From positions 1 through 27,723 of IMG/VR virus record IMGVR_UViG_3300037515_000743: a stretch of 27,723 nt of DNA. The stretch is one strand, 5' to 3'. Below the pieces are notes generated by a model, which saw nothing but the letters and a program-made list of their open reading frames with translations, did not search any database and was not told where the DNA came from. Positions 1-8,002 of this stretch are shown here, in pieces. The position numbers and the translations under genes are program-made. Position 1 is the first letter of the stretch. Every line of letters starts with the position of its first letter. This DNA comes from a virus (lineage: Duplodnaviria > Caudoviricetes).

Positions 1-122
1 AGGAGGCGGCGCAGCTTTACGAGAGAGCCATTGCAGTAGAGAGAGCCGTTTTGAGGGCCGTGGTTTCAGGCGGACATTCGGAATTTGCCGCCGCCATTCG
101 GGCGAGGAAGGGACGGGGATGA
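1..122 (+). CDS. 3' end of a phage hypothetical protein (partial)
   Basis: Open frame from position 3 (EAAQLYERAIAVE...FAAAIRARKGRG*). Its TGA at 120-122 overlaps the next ATG at 119 (ATGA coupling). Confidence 0.6.
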   Translation, partial: EAAQLYERAIAVERAVLRAVVSGGHSEFAAAIRARKGRG

Positions 123-340
123 CTGATCGCCTCTACATCGTGAAGATGGAAACGATTGTCGTGGCCCACGACTTCCTAACAGCCGCAAAGCTGGGCTTCA
201 TCGGCATCCGCAACGCCGAACTCCCGGTTGTGTTCGTGACTGACCAGGAGACGAAGGAAACCAAGACCTTTGATTCTGCGGATGTCTACAGCAAGCCGCC
301 GCTTGAGGTCCCCGGAGATGACGATGAGCCTGCCGCTTGA
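119..340 (+). CDS. Small hypothetical phage protein (73 aa)
   Basis: ATGA-coupled to the upstream ORF and overlaps the next gene start; protein-like composition. Confidence 0.7.
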   Translation: MTDRLYIVKMETIVVAHDFLTAAKLGFIGIRNAELPVVFVTDQETKETKTFDSADVYSKPPLEVPGDDDEPAA

Positions 341-2072
341 GATATTCGACCAGCACGTTGCCATCGTCGGGAAGACCGGAAGCGGCAAGAGCTACACGGC
401 CAAGGGCGCGATTGAGCGGCTTCTGGATGCCGGGCGTCGCGTCTGCATCATCGACCCGACCGGGGTTCATTGGGGCCTCAAATCCTCGCGCGACGGCAAG
501 AAGGCCGGGTATCCCGTGGTGATCTTCGGCGGCGACCACGCCGACATTCCGATCAACGAGCACAGCGCCAGGGCGCTCGCGGAGTTTGTGGCCGGCCCCA
601 AGGCGCCACCTGTCATCATCGACATTTCGCTTTTCCTGATCGGCCAGAAGCACCGATTCATGATCGAGTTCGCCCAGCATGCGTACCGGGCCAACCGGAC
701 GCCGCTCAATCTGGTGATCGACGAGGCCGACGAGTTCATGCCCCAGAAGCCGCTCCATGAGGCCACGCGGATGCTGCACCACATGGACCGCATCGTGCGC
801 CGGGGCCGGGCCCGCGGCTTCCGCGTCACCATGATTACCCAGCGGCCGGCAGTCCTGAACAAGGATGTGCTGACCCAGGCCCAGACCTTGATCGCCATGC
901 GCCTGATCGGGCCGCAGGACCGCAACGCCATCGAGGCGTGGGTGAAGGACCAGGCAGACCCGGAAAAGGGCCGGGCCGTGATCGCCTCCCTCCCCCGGCT
1001 CAAGGTGGGCGAGGGCGGGGTGTGGGCGCCCGAGCTCGGCATCTTCGACTGCATGACGTTCCCGAGGATCAAGACCTACGATTCCTCCCGCGCCCCGGAG
1101 GACGGGGAGGACAGGGGCTCGGTCACGGTGGCCGATGTCGATCTCAAGGCCATCCGCGAGCGGTTCGTGCGCGAGGAGGAAGAAGCCCGCGAGAACGACC
1201 CGAAGGCGCTCAAGGCTATGATCCGTGATCTCGAACGCCGAATCGAGAAGTCCGGGGGCGGCGCCAGCGCGGCGGAGGTCGAACAGGCCCGACAAGAAGG
1301 CCGGGAGCGGGGCCGGGCCGAGGGCGAAATCCACGGCAAAATATACGCCGTCACGCACTTGAAAACGGCCATGGACGGCCTCCAAAAGGCCGGTGACGCC
1401 CTACTTGAGCAGTGGGGCAATCTTGAAGTCCACGCCTACAAGCAGCGCATGGATGCCCGCGATAAAGCGCCACGGGAACGGACCCGTAGCGGGGCGGGAG
1501 AGCGCCGGCCTTGCACGCCGGAGGCCGTGGGTTTGACCCCCGCCGGGTTCACCATGCAACATAGTCAACTTGCAACTGAGCGCGGCCACGGTCGGCCCCC
1601 GAACCATTCGCTGACCAAGGCCGAGGCCGCGTTTCTCACGGTGCTCGCCCAGCGCAACCGCCCCCTCGCCCGCAACAGGGTGGCGATCTTCGCGGGCTAC
1701 TCCGTCAAGAGCGGGCATATCGACAATACCCTCGGCGCGCTTCGCTCGAAGGGACTGGCCGAGGGCCGCAACGACGCCATCCGCATCACCGAGGCGGGGT
1801 TAGAGGCGCTGGGGCCGTTCGATCCGCTGCCGACGGGCGAGGCGCTGCGCCGCTACTGGCTCGGCAAGGTGGACAAGGCGGGCCGGGCCTTCCTCGAAGT
1901 CCTGTTCGACATCTTCCCCGGCACCATCGCGCGCAACGAGCTGGCGGAGCGGACGGGCTATTCGCCGGGATCGGGTCATGTGGACAACACTCTGGGGCGC
2001 CTTCGCAGCCTCGATCTCGCGGAGGGCCGGAACGATGCCATCAGGGCGGCGGAGGAGTTGTTCGATGGCTGA
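324..2072 (+). CDS. HerA/FtsK-like P-loop ATPase (DUF87-type) with coiled coil and two C-terminal winged-helix-like repeats
   Basis: Walker A VGKTGSGKS, IIDPTG, Walker B LVIDEAD, RRGRARG and ITQRP motifs. Start placed at ATG 324 after GGAG at 314-317 (ORF track starts at 270). Confidence 0.85.
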   Translation: MSLPLEIFDQHVAIVGKTGSGKSYTAKGAIERLLDAGRRVCIIDPTGVHWGLKSSRDGKKAGYPVVIFGGDHADIPINEHSARALAEFVAGPKAPPVIIDISLFLIGQKHRFMIEFAQHAYRANRTPLNLVIDEADEFMPQKPLHEATRMLHHMDRIVRRGRARGFRVTMITQRPAVLNKDVLTQAQTLIAMRLIGPQDRNAIEAWVKDQADPEKGRAVIASLPRLKVGEGGVWAPELGIFDCMTFPRIKTYDSSRAPEDGEDRGSVTVADVDLKAIRERFVREEEEARENDPKALKAMIRDLERRIEKSGGGASAAEVEQARQEGRERGRAEGEIHGKIYAVTHLKTAMDGLQKAGDALLEQWGNLEVHAYKQRMDARDKAPRERTRSGAGERRPCTPEAVGLTPAGFTMQHSQLATERGHGRPPNHSLTKAEAAFLTVLAQRNRPLARNRVAIFAGYSVKSGHIDNTLGALRSKGLAEGRNDAIRITEAGLEALGPFDPLPTGEALRRYWLGKVDKAGRAFLEVLFDIFPGTIARNELAERTGYSPGSGHVDNTLGRLRSLDLAEGRNDAIRAAEELFDG

Positions 2073-2385
2073 CCGTCCCCGCCCCCGCCCCTACACCACA
2101 CGCGAGCTTGCCGAGCGCTGGCAATGCTCCAACCAGCACGTCCGCGACGTGATCCGGGCGGGGGGCTTGACGGCCTTCCGCGTGGGGCGTTTGATTCGCG
2201 TCTCCGCCGCCGAGGTCGAGCGGTACGAGAACGGGGGGGATCGTTGCCGGACATCAGGCGGAAGCTCTACCGCGGAGTCTGGGCCGCGGTATGGACCGAG
2301 GGAGGGCGCACCCGGCGCGTCTCGCTGCGCACCCGGGACCCGGCCGAGGCCGCGCGTCGTTTTGCCGATCTCACCGCCCAGATAG
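2065..2385 (+). CDS. xis: Excisionase / helix-turn-helix recombination directionality factor
   Basis: YTTRELAERWQCSNQHVRDVIRAGGLTAFRVGRLIRVSAAEVERYE fits an excisionase HTH; GGAGGAG RBS at 2051-2057; lies directly upstream of and overlaps int. Confidence 0.85.
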   Translation: MADRPRPRPYTTRELAERWQCSNQHVRDVIRAGGLTAFRVGRLIRVSAAEVERYENGGDRCRTSGGSSTAESGPRYGPREGAPGASRCAPGTRPRPRVVLPISPPR

Positions 2386-3209
2386 ACCGGACCGGCGAAA
2401 CCGTCGCCGACATCTTCGCCGCCTACCACGCCGAGAAACAGCGCACCACGGCCAGGGCCGACCGCATCGCCGTCGCCTGGAAGGCGCTGGCGCCGAAGTT
2501 CGCCCCGCTCCGGCCGGACCAGATCACGCGGGAATTATGCCGGTCCCATGCGGCCGAGCGCCGCAAGCGGGGACGGGCCGACGCCACCATCGCCAAGGAG
2601 ATCTCGATCCTGCGCGCCGCCATGCGCTGGCACGACCGCCGCACCACGGCCGAATTCTGGATCCCGCGGGAAGCGCCCCCGCGGGAACGCTACCTCAGCC
2701 GGGAGGAGTTCGACCGGCTGGCGGCCGCCTGCCGGGAGCCGCACCTGCGTCTGTTCGCGGTGCTGGCGCTGGCGACCGCCGGCCGGACCTCGGCCCTCCT
2801 CGAGCTGACCTGGGACAGGGTGCATTTCGACCGCGGCCTCATCGACCTGCGGGCCCCCGGCCAGGGCCAGCGCAAGGGCCGGGCCGTCGTGCCCATGAAC
2901 GACCGGGCCCGCGCCGCGCTCCTCGAGGCCAGGGAAGCCGCCGTCAGCGACTATGTGATCGAGTATGCCGGGAAGAAGGTCGAGCGGATATCCAAGGGCT
3001 TCCGCGCCGCGGCCGGGCGGGCCGGGCTGGGGCCGGACGTGACCCCGCATACGTTGCGCCATACCTCCGCCGTCTGGATGGCCGAGAACGGGGTTCCGAT
3101 GGCGGAAATCTCCCAATTCCTCGGCCACGCCGGCAGCAAAGTGACCGAGCGCGTCTACGCCAGGTTCAGCCCCGACTATCTCCGCAAGGCCGCCAGGGCC
3201 CTTGATTGA
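2244..3209 (+). CDS. int: Tyrosine recombinase (phage integrase)
   Basis: Catalytic motifs TAGRTSALL (R), HTLRH (HxxR), LGH and VYAR (Y). Probable TTG start at 2244 after a G-rich RBS (ORF track starts at 2124). Confidence 0.95.
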   Translation: MPDIRRKLYRGVWAAVWTEGGRTRRVSLRTRDPAEAARRFADLTAQIDRTGETVADIFAAYHAEKQRTTARADRIAVAWKALAPKFAPLRPDQITRELCRSHAAERRKRGRADATIAKEISILRAAMRWHDRRTTAEFWIPREAPPRERYLSREEFDRLAAACREPHLRLFAVLALATAGRTSALLELTWDRVHFDRGLIDLRAPGQGQRKGRAVVPMNDRARAALLEAREAAVSDYVIEYAGKKVERISKGFRAAAGRAGLGPDVTPHTLRHTSAVWMAENGVPMAEISQFLGHAGSKVTERVYARFSPDYLRKAARALD

Positions 3210-3420
3210 CGAAATCCGGCAAATCCCGCCGAGAATCGACGGGAAGCGCGGCCCCCCCCATTCCACGCCCCGAGGAAAGATCGCACCCCTGCCCCCCGTT
3301 TTGCCACGCCGCAGGGGCGCCCACGGACAGGGGGACTTGGTGCAAGTGAACCGCCGAGGGCCCGTGTTCTCAATCTGTCCCGGGTTATTTGGGCCAAGGC
3401 CACCGCCATGTTGCATTGGA

Positions 3421-3433
3421 TATCAATACTTTG
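3421..3433 (+). promoter_or_regulatory. IHF binding site, left of att core
   Basis: TATCAATACTTTG is an exact match to the IHF consensus WATCAANNNNTTR. Confidence 0.7.
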
Positions 3434-3446
3434 GCGAGGTTCCAGG

Positions 3447-3495
3447 CGCCTTCACACGGCGGGGGTCGCTGGTTCGATCCCAGCAGCGCCCACCA
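3447..3495 (+). other. attP core: 3' half of tRNA-Val(CAC)
   Basis: CGCC-TTCACAC-GGCG anticodon arm, GCTGG-TTCGATC-CCAGC T-arm, AGCGCCC-A-CCA acceptor 3' strand. No D-arm or 5' GGGCGCT upstream; about 240 bp downstream of int. Confidence 0.9.
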
Positions 3496-3499
3496 TCCT

Positions 3500-3512
3500 T
3501 TTCAATGACTTA
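3500..3512 (+). promoter_or_regulatory. IHF binding site, right of att core
   Basis: TTTCAATGACTTA has one mismatch to WATCAANNNNTTR. Confidence 0.65.
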
Positions 3513-3557
3513 CGGGCGCCGCAGACAGGGGCATCCGGTTCTTTTGAACCGGGCACG

Positions 3558-3586
3558 AAAAAAGGCCCCCGGCCGGAGCCGGGGGC
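3558..3586 (-). terminator. Intrinsic terminator (minus strand) protecting attP
   Basis: On the minus strand: 9-bp stem GCCCCCGGC/GCCGGGGGC with a 4-nt loop, followed by CTTTTTT. Confidence 0.75.
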
Positions 3587-3689
3587 AAGGTTCAGGGAGA
3601 GCCAACCCCAGGACGGGGCCGGCATGCACGCGAGCGCGTGCCTCGGAGGGGCCGTTTGACTTAGATTAAGACTTCGCCAAGACGGCCCG

Positions 3690-3835
3690 GACAAATTATA
3701 ATAACAAAATCCGTCTTACCTGGTATCGCTCAATAAGATGACAGAGTAGTAAGAAAGTGAATTCGTGGAATTACAAAGTTTTCTGCGATAATACTAGATT
3801 TGCTACAATATAGGGGTCTTCAACGAAAGGAGGCC
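3690..3835 (+). promoter_or_regulatory. AT-rich promoter region and RBS for the 3838 gene
   Basis: Sharp drop in GC; GCTACAAT -10-like element at 3803-3810; AAAGGAGG RBS just before ATG 3838. Confidence 0.5.
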
Positions 3836-3837
3836 CC

Positions 3838-4332
3838 ATGGCACGAGAACACTACCAGCCCGTCAACTCCGCCTGGCCCGAGGCCATCCCGCCGATCACC
3901 CGAGATGAGGCCGAGCGCGCGATGCGGAAGCTGGCCCGGCATTTCAAGATCAGGACCTACCGCAGCCGCCCCCGGCGGTGCTGGGTGGCCGTCAGCCCGC
4001 CGTACCATATTCTCCGTCGCGGCTGGCGGCGCCTGGTCCACGATCTGTCCCATGAGTGGTTCCGCCAGGTCTATCCGAGGAAACATCCCCACGACCCGCT
4101 CCATGCCCGCTACGAGGCCGAGATGACCGCCTACGTGCTGGCCGCCGGATGGTTGGATGGAACCCTGCGGCCCGCCCCCAAGGAGAAGCCGTCGCGGGAT
4201 TTGGTGGCCGAGCGCGCGGCCAGGATCGAGGCCCGGGTCAAGGCATGGGAGACTAAGAAGAAGCGCGCCGAAACTGCCTTGCGGAAGCTCCGAGCGAAAC
4301 AGCGGTATTATCAGCGGAAGCTGGCGGCCTAG
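3838..4332 (+). CDS. Hypothetical protein with His-rich HDxxH...HxH..H motif and basic coiled-coil tail (moron next to attP)
   Basis: Strong RBS; motif LVHDLSHEWF...KHPHDPLH; convergent with the end of the late operon. Confidence 0.75.
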   Translation: MAREHYQPVNSAWPEAIPPITRDEAERAMRKLARHFKIRTYRSRPRRCWVAVSPPYHILRRGWRRLVHDLSHEWFRQVYPRKHPHDPLHARYEAEMTAYVLAAGWLDGTLRPAPKEKPSRDLVAERAARIEARVKAWETKKKRAETALRKLRAKQRYYQRKLAA

Positions 4333-4877
4333 GGCTCGCAGGCTTCCGCCACGGCCCTGTGTTCCTCGAAATCCATGGTGAGCCCCCACTGTGCCTTGAT
4401 CCAGCGCCACACGGAGGAATAGAAACAGCGGTGCGTCGTCGGCATCCAGCCGGCCGGGTCCTTGGCGCCCTTGACCCGGTTCGCTCGGGCCTCCACCGCG
4501 ACCAGCCCCGGCATCCAGTTGGCGAAGGCCCGCTTCTTCGCAGGCGCCCACTCCGCGCCCCCGGAGGCGTGGGCCTCGGCCAAAGGCACGATGTGGTCGA
4601 TGTCGAGCTCCCGGGGGTCGGTGAAGGTCTTGCCGGTGTAGGGGCCTACCCACGTCCCGGCCACCACCCGGCAGCCGTCGGCCGAGAGGGTGACCGGCCC
4701 CACCGCGTCCCGGATCAGCACCTCCTGGCGCGTGTCCTGGCAGTCGCCGTCGGCATCCTCCCAGCCCGACGGCATCCAGTCGGCGCGGCGGTAGTCCTCG
4801 GCGCAGGCCGGGCCCGCGACAAGGACGAGCCAAAGGAGCGCTGCCGCTATTCCCCCGGCGTGAATATGGTTTCCCAT
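4329..4877 (-). CDS. Exported HNH-type nuclease (DUF1524-like)
   Basis: Signal peptide (AAALLWLVLVAGPACA); YRRADW, DADGDCQDTRQEVLIRD, W.GPYTG, LDIDHIVPLAEAH.SG, N..KGAKDP..WMP. Start at ATG 4877 after a GGGGAGG RBS. Confidence 0.85.
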   Translation of the reverse strand: MGNHIHAGGIAAALLWLVLVAGPACAEDYRRADWMPSGWEDADGDCQDTRQEVLIRDAVGPVTLSADGCRVVAGTWVGPYTGKTFTDPRELDIDHIVPLAEAHASGGAEWAPAKKRAFANWMPGLVAVEARANRVKGAKDPAGWMPTTHRCFYSSVWRWIKAQWGLTMDFEEHRAVAEACEP

Positions 4878-5386
4878 GTCCCCCTCCCCGCCCACCGGCA
4901 AAACCAGCCTACCCGGAATCGGTCCCACGGCACCACGAAGCCGGTCACCAGGCCGTTATCCATGACCAGCTCGCCCCGTGTCGTGCAGATCAGCAGCACC
5001 GCGTGGAAGGTCGCCCCCGCCCAGCACAGCGCGAGCCGGAGCGCGCCCAGCGGAATCCGGTGGTCGCGCGCCAGGATCATCCGCTTGGTCAGCGCCTGGT
5101 CCTCGCAGTCGAAGCCGTCCGCCCGGAGCTCGGGCCAGCCGTCCGGCGCGAAGGTGGGGATGTACCAATAGTCGCGCGCCTCGCGCCGGTAGCGCCAGGC
5201 GTTGACGGCCCGGTTCACCGTTCCGGCATCGCGGAGCAGCCGGCCGGTGAAGGGCACGGTCTGGGGCGCAAGCGCGTCCTGGTCTGGGTGGCGGGCGAGG
5301 AAATCGGCCCAGGCGCGGCGAAGCGGCGGCGGCAGCGCGATCTCGGGTCCCGCCCGCATGGGGCAGGCGGGAACGGCCTCAATCAT
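4847..5386 (-). CDS. Bacterial transglutaminase-like cysteine proteinase (BTLCP, peptidase C93/LapG family)
   Basis: VNRAVN, DYW, FDCEDQALTKR (Cys), HAVLL (His) and LVMDN (Asp) triad motifs. Confidence 0.85.
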   Translation of the reverse strand: MIEAVPACPMRAGPEIALPPPLRRAWADFLARHPDQDALAPQTVPFTGRLLRDAGTVNRAVNAWRYRREARDYWYIPTFAPDGWPELRADGFDCEDQALTKRMILARDHRIPLGALRLALCWAGATFHAVLLICTTRGELVMDNGLVTGFVVPWDRFRVGWFCRWAGRGTWETIFTPGE

Positions 5387-6140
5387 CGGGTGGGCCGGCC
5401 AGTGCCCGATAGACCCCGACCCGGTGGTCGGCCTTGCCGTGGAGCGCGCCGCGGCTGGTGAAGGGGATGTAGAGATTGTCGGCCCAGCCCCACCGGGCGG
5501 GCCGCGCGCGGCCGTCGTGCTCGAGGCGGATATATTCCGGGGGCTGGCGGTAGCCGAGCCACCGGCGCGGATGCTTGGGGGCGATGTCCCGGTGCACCAC
5601 CACCCGGATCAGCCGGTCCTGGATGCGGGCGTTGAACGCCGCGTCCCCCACCGCCGGCGCGCCGAAGGTGACGCCGATGGCCGCGCCCATCCCCGGCAGG
5701 TCGAGGGCCAGGGTGGCGAGCGCGCCGCCGAGCGAATGCCCGGTCACGACCACGGGCTTCGCCCCGCGCAGCAGCAGGAGATCGGTGAGCGCGCCGTCCA
5801 CCGCGAGGATGGCCTTGCCGTAGCCCGAATGGACCCGGCCGCCATGGGGCCAGTCCATGAAGCCGAGCCGGAAGTTGCGCAGGATGTCGGTCCAGCTCCA
5901 CCCCGCGCTGACCTGGGTGCCGCGGAACACCACGACGCGGCAATCGACGCCGAGCACCCGGCGGTTGACCACGTAGAGCTGCGTGTCGCTCCGCTTGTGG
6001 TTGACCCACTCGCGGCCCGGCAGCGCGGCCTTGATGGTGGCCGGCTTCTCGTAGGCCAGCGCGCAGAGCCCGGCGAGGTCGGCCAGCGCCGCGCGCGCCT
6101 CGGCCGAGCTCGGCGCCGCGAGGAAGTCGGGGACGATCAT
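5379..6140 (-). CDS. Class 3 lipase (alpha/beta hydrolase)
   Basis: VVVFRGT, RVHSGY, VTGHSLGGALA (GxSxG), TFGAPAVGD and HRDIAP motifs. Start at ATG 6140, coupled to the upstream stop. Confidence 0.88.
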   Translation of the reverse strand: MIVPDFLAAPSSAEARAALADLAGLCALAYEKPATIKAALPGREWVNHKRSDTQLYVVNRRVLGVDCRVVVFRGTQVSAGWSWTDILRNFRLGFMDWPHGGRVHSGYGKAILAVDGALTDLLLLRGAKPVVVTGHSLGGALATLALDLPGMGAAIGVTFGAPAVGDAAFNARIQDRLIRVVVHRDIAPKHPRRWLGYRQPPEYIRLEHDGRARPARWGWADNLYIPFTSRGALHGKADHRVGVYRALAGPPDD

Positions 6141-6454
6141 GGCGCGCCCCCCGACGGCGGCGGCACCCCCAGCCGTTCCAACCGCTGCTGCATGAGCGTC
6201 CGCATCACCGCCCCCAGGGTCGCCGGGCAGGACAGCAGGTAGCCCTCGAGCCAATCGGTGCCCCGGCGGCCCGCCATGCGGGCGATGGAGTCGATGGGCC
6301 GCCCGCAGCGGGCATCCTCGGCGAGGTCGAGGACCTGGTCGGCCTTGGCCTCGATCGCGGCATCGGCGGCGCGGATCTCGGCGGCGCATCCGCCGAGGGC
6401 GAGCGTGGACAGGACCGCGAGCGCGCATGCGCCCGCGACGGCGATGAATCGCAT
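6137..6454 (-). CDS. Lipoprotein directly downstream of the endolysin (possible spanin-like component)
   Basis: Signal peptide II with lipobox LGGC; position in the lysis cassette. Confidence 0.65.
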   Translation of the reverse strand: MRFIAVAGACALAVLSTLALGGCAAEIRAADAAIEAKADQVLDLAEDARCGRPIDSIARMAGRRGTDWLEGYLLSCPATLGAVMRTLMQQRLERLGVPPPSGGAP

Positions 6455-6475
6455 GGGAGGTCTCCTTGTCGGCGT

Positions 6476-6916
6476 TCAGGAAAGGGAGCGGTAGAGATCG
6501 GCGATGCGGGTGGCCCTGGGGCCGACCTGCAATGCCCAGCGGGACTCGAGGGCCTGATCGGCGGCCTCGGCCCAAGCCCCGCGTTCGAGGGCGGCCAGCA
6601 TCTTGCGGAAGCGCGAGAGGCGGGGCCAGCCGAGGTTGAAGCACATGTTGAGGAGTCCGCGCATGGCCGGCTCGGGCATCTCGGCCCACCACGGCGCGTT
6701 GCGGTCGAGGTCGAGGCGGGCGCGCTCGATGTCGTGATCCAAGAGCATCATCGCCTCGCCCTCGGTGATGCCGTTGTCGTCGAGGTTGCGCCCGGCGCCG
6801 ATGGTGAGCTTGCCCACGCTGTCCTTGTAGGGCTTGAGGCGGAGCCCCTCGTCGCGCACGAGGTCGCGGCGCAGCTCGTGGTACATCCCCGCCACCCTCA
6901 GGTCGGAGGCCGGCAT
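6476..6916 (-). CDS. Endolysin, GH24 (T4-lysozyme-like) muramidase
   Basis: DEGLRLKPYKDSVGKLTIGAGRNL (E/D/T catalytic pattern), NMCFNLG, S.WA.QVG.RA. Start at ATG 6916 or 6886. Confidence 0.92.
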   Translation of the reverse strand: MPASDLRVAGMYHELRRDLVRDEGLRLKPYKDSVGKLTIGAGRNLDDNGITEGEAMMLLDHDIERARLDLDRNAPWWAEMPEPAMRGLLNMCFNLGWPRLSRFRKMLAALERGAWAEAADQALESRWALQVGPRATRIADLYRSLS

Positions 6917-6917
6917 G

Positions 6918-7193
6918 TCAGCACCGCGCCGGCACGCCAAGCTGTCTGGCGATGGCGAGATAGCGCGCGCATTCCTCGCGGGTGAGCGGCCGCCTGGCCT
7001 TGGTCCGCTCGTAGTGGTCGATCTGCAACCACAGCACCGCCTGGCTGGTGGCCGCGACCTGCCCCGCCACCACGTCGAGCTCGCGCTTGAGCGCGGGGCG
7101 GGCCGGATGGTCGGCGGCCAGCGCCCACACCACCCCGAGCGCCGCCGCGATGGCGGTGACGCCACCTGCGGCCTTCGCCCAGCGGGCGATCAT
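6918..7193 (-). CDS. Small single-TM membrane protein (holin/antiholin candidate)
   Basis: ATG 7193 is ATGA-coupled to the upstream gene; hydrophobic AAGGVTAIAAALGVVWALA; immediately precedes the endolysin. Confidence 0.6.
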   Translation of the reverse strand: MIARWAKAAGGVTAIAAALGVVWALAADHPARPALKRELDVVAGQVAATSQAVLWLQIDHYERTKARRPLTREECARYLAIARQLGVPARC

Positions 7194-7480
7194 TGCGCGC
7201 TCTCGAAACGACGCCGATAGCCGGGCAGGGCGTAAGGATCGGGCGGCACCCACTCCGGGTTCCTCTGCGCCGCGTCCTGCATGAGTTGCCATGCGTCATC
7301 CCGATGAAAACTGAACGGACCATTGATCTCCCGCCTGAGTTCGCGGATTTCGTTGCGGGTCTCGATGTAGGTCACGGCCGCCGTCCATGTCCCCCCGGCG
7401 GTCGCGACCAACAGGATGCCGAGCGCCCAAAGCGATACCGCCGGGCGGCGGAGGATTCCACTCATGCCCTCGCTATTCAT
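7190..7480 (-). CDS. Small single-TM membrane protein with coiled coil (holin-like candidate)
   Basis: AVSLWALGILLVATAGGTWTAAV TM segment followed by ETRNEIRELRREI; sits in the lysis region. Confidence 0.6.
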   Translation of the reverse strand: MNSEGMSGILRRPAVSLWALGILLVATAGGTWTAAVTYIETRNEIRELRREINGPFSFHRDDAWQLMQDAAQRNPEWVPPDPYALPGYRRRFESAQ

Positions 7481-7483
7481 GGG

Positions 7484-7816
7484 TTAGCTCCCCTCCACAG
7501 GCTTGAACAGACAGCGGAGCCTGTTGGTGGCGGGGTTCCGACACGCCCACGCCTTGCCATCCTTGGAAAAGTGGTAGAGGCCGCTATCGCCGCTCTTGAG
7601 CGCCCCCTTGAGGCCCAGAACTTTCCAACCCTCGGGTGTGCGGTAGACCTTCCCCTCTACCCGCTCACAATCCTTGGGCCCGCAGCACCACTTGGTTTCC
7701 TCGTTCTCCATGATCCATGCCCACGGGCCGTGCGCCCCTGCCGGCGAGAGCAGCGCGAACGCGAACAGAATCAGCCAGGCGGCCAGCGCCACCGGCCAGA
7801 AAAGCCGTAAATTCAT
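7484..7816 (-). CDS. Small exported cysteine-rich phage protein
   Basis: Signal peptide ending AGA-H; WCCGPKDC...AWAC...LRCLFKP cysteine pattern. Confidence 0.7.
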   Translation of the reverse strand: MNLRLFWPVALAAWLILFAFALLSPAGAHGPWAWIMENEETKWCCGPKDCERVEGKVYRTPEGWKVLGLKGALKSGDSGLYHFSKDGKAWACRNPATNRLRCLFKPVEGS

Positions 7817-7870
7817 GGGCTTACCTCGTTAACTAGGATTCCCGGTCGGATGGGGCTATTCTGCGCCCCG

Positions 7871-7993
7871 ATGAACGCGCCCCGACCCATCCGCTGGGCC
7901 TGCCGGATGCTCTATTGGCCAGCGACAACCGTGGTCTGGACTATCGCTCTCTTTCTTTGGGTGCTCACGGTCAATATCCGGTGTTCGCTCTAA
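7871..7993 (+). CDS. Possible 40-aa hydrophobic peptide upstream of the pilin
   Basis: MNAPRPIRWACRMLYWPATTVVWTIALFLWVLTVNIRCSL*. No RBS; TATTCT lies 8 nt upstream (leaderless start possible). Confidence 0.3.
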   Translation: MNAPRPIRWACRMLYWPATTVVWTIALFLWVLTVNIRCSL

Positions 7994-8002
7994 CCGGAGC
8001 CA

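Noticed and set aside
198-1385. Long ORFs antisense to real genes (198-1385; likewise 2535-3416 and 23361-24749)
   Set aside because: They mirror the ATPase, integrase and gp10-like genes; stop-codon scarcity is explained by GC-rich codon usage.
2231-2246. G7 run as a programmed -1 frameshift fusing Xis to Int
   Set aside because: The frames would allow it, but the run is more simply the RBS for the TTG at 2244, and no stimulatory structure is evident.
3420-3495. Complete tRNA-Val gene
   Set aside because: The 5' acceptor strand and D-arm are missing; only the 3' half is present, which fits an att core.
6141-6692. N-terminal extension of the lipase ORF (437-aa version)
   Set aside because: It overlaps the lipoprotein and endolysin genes in another frame; the coupled ATG at 6140 is the better start.
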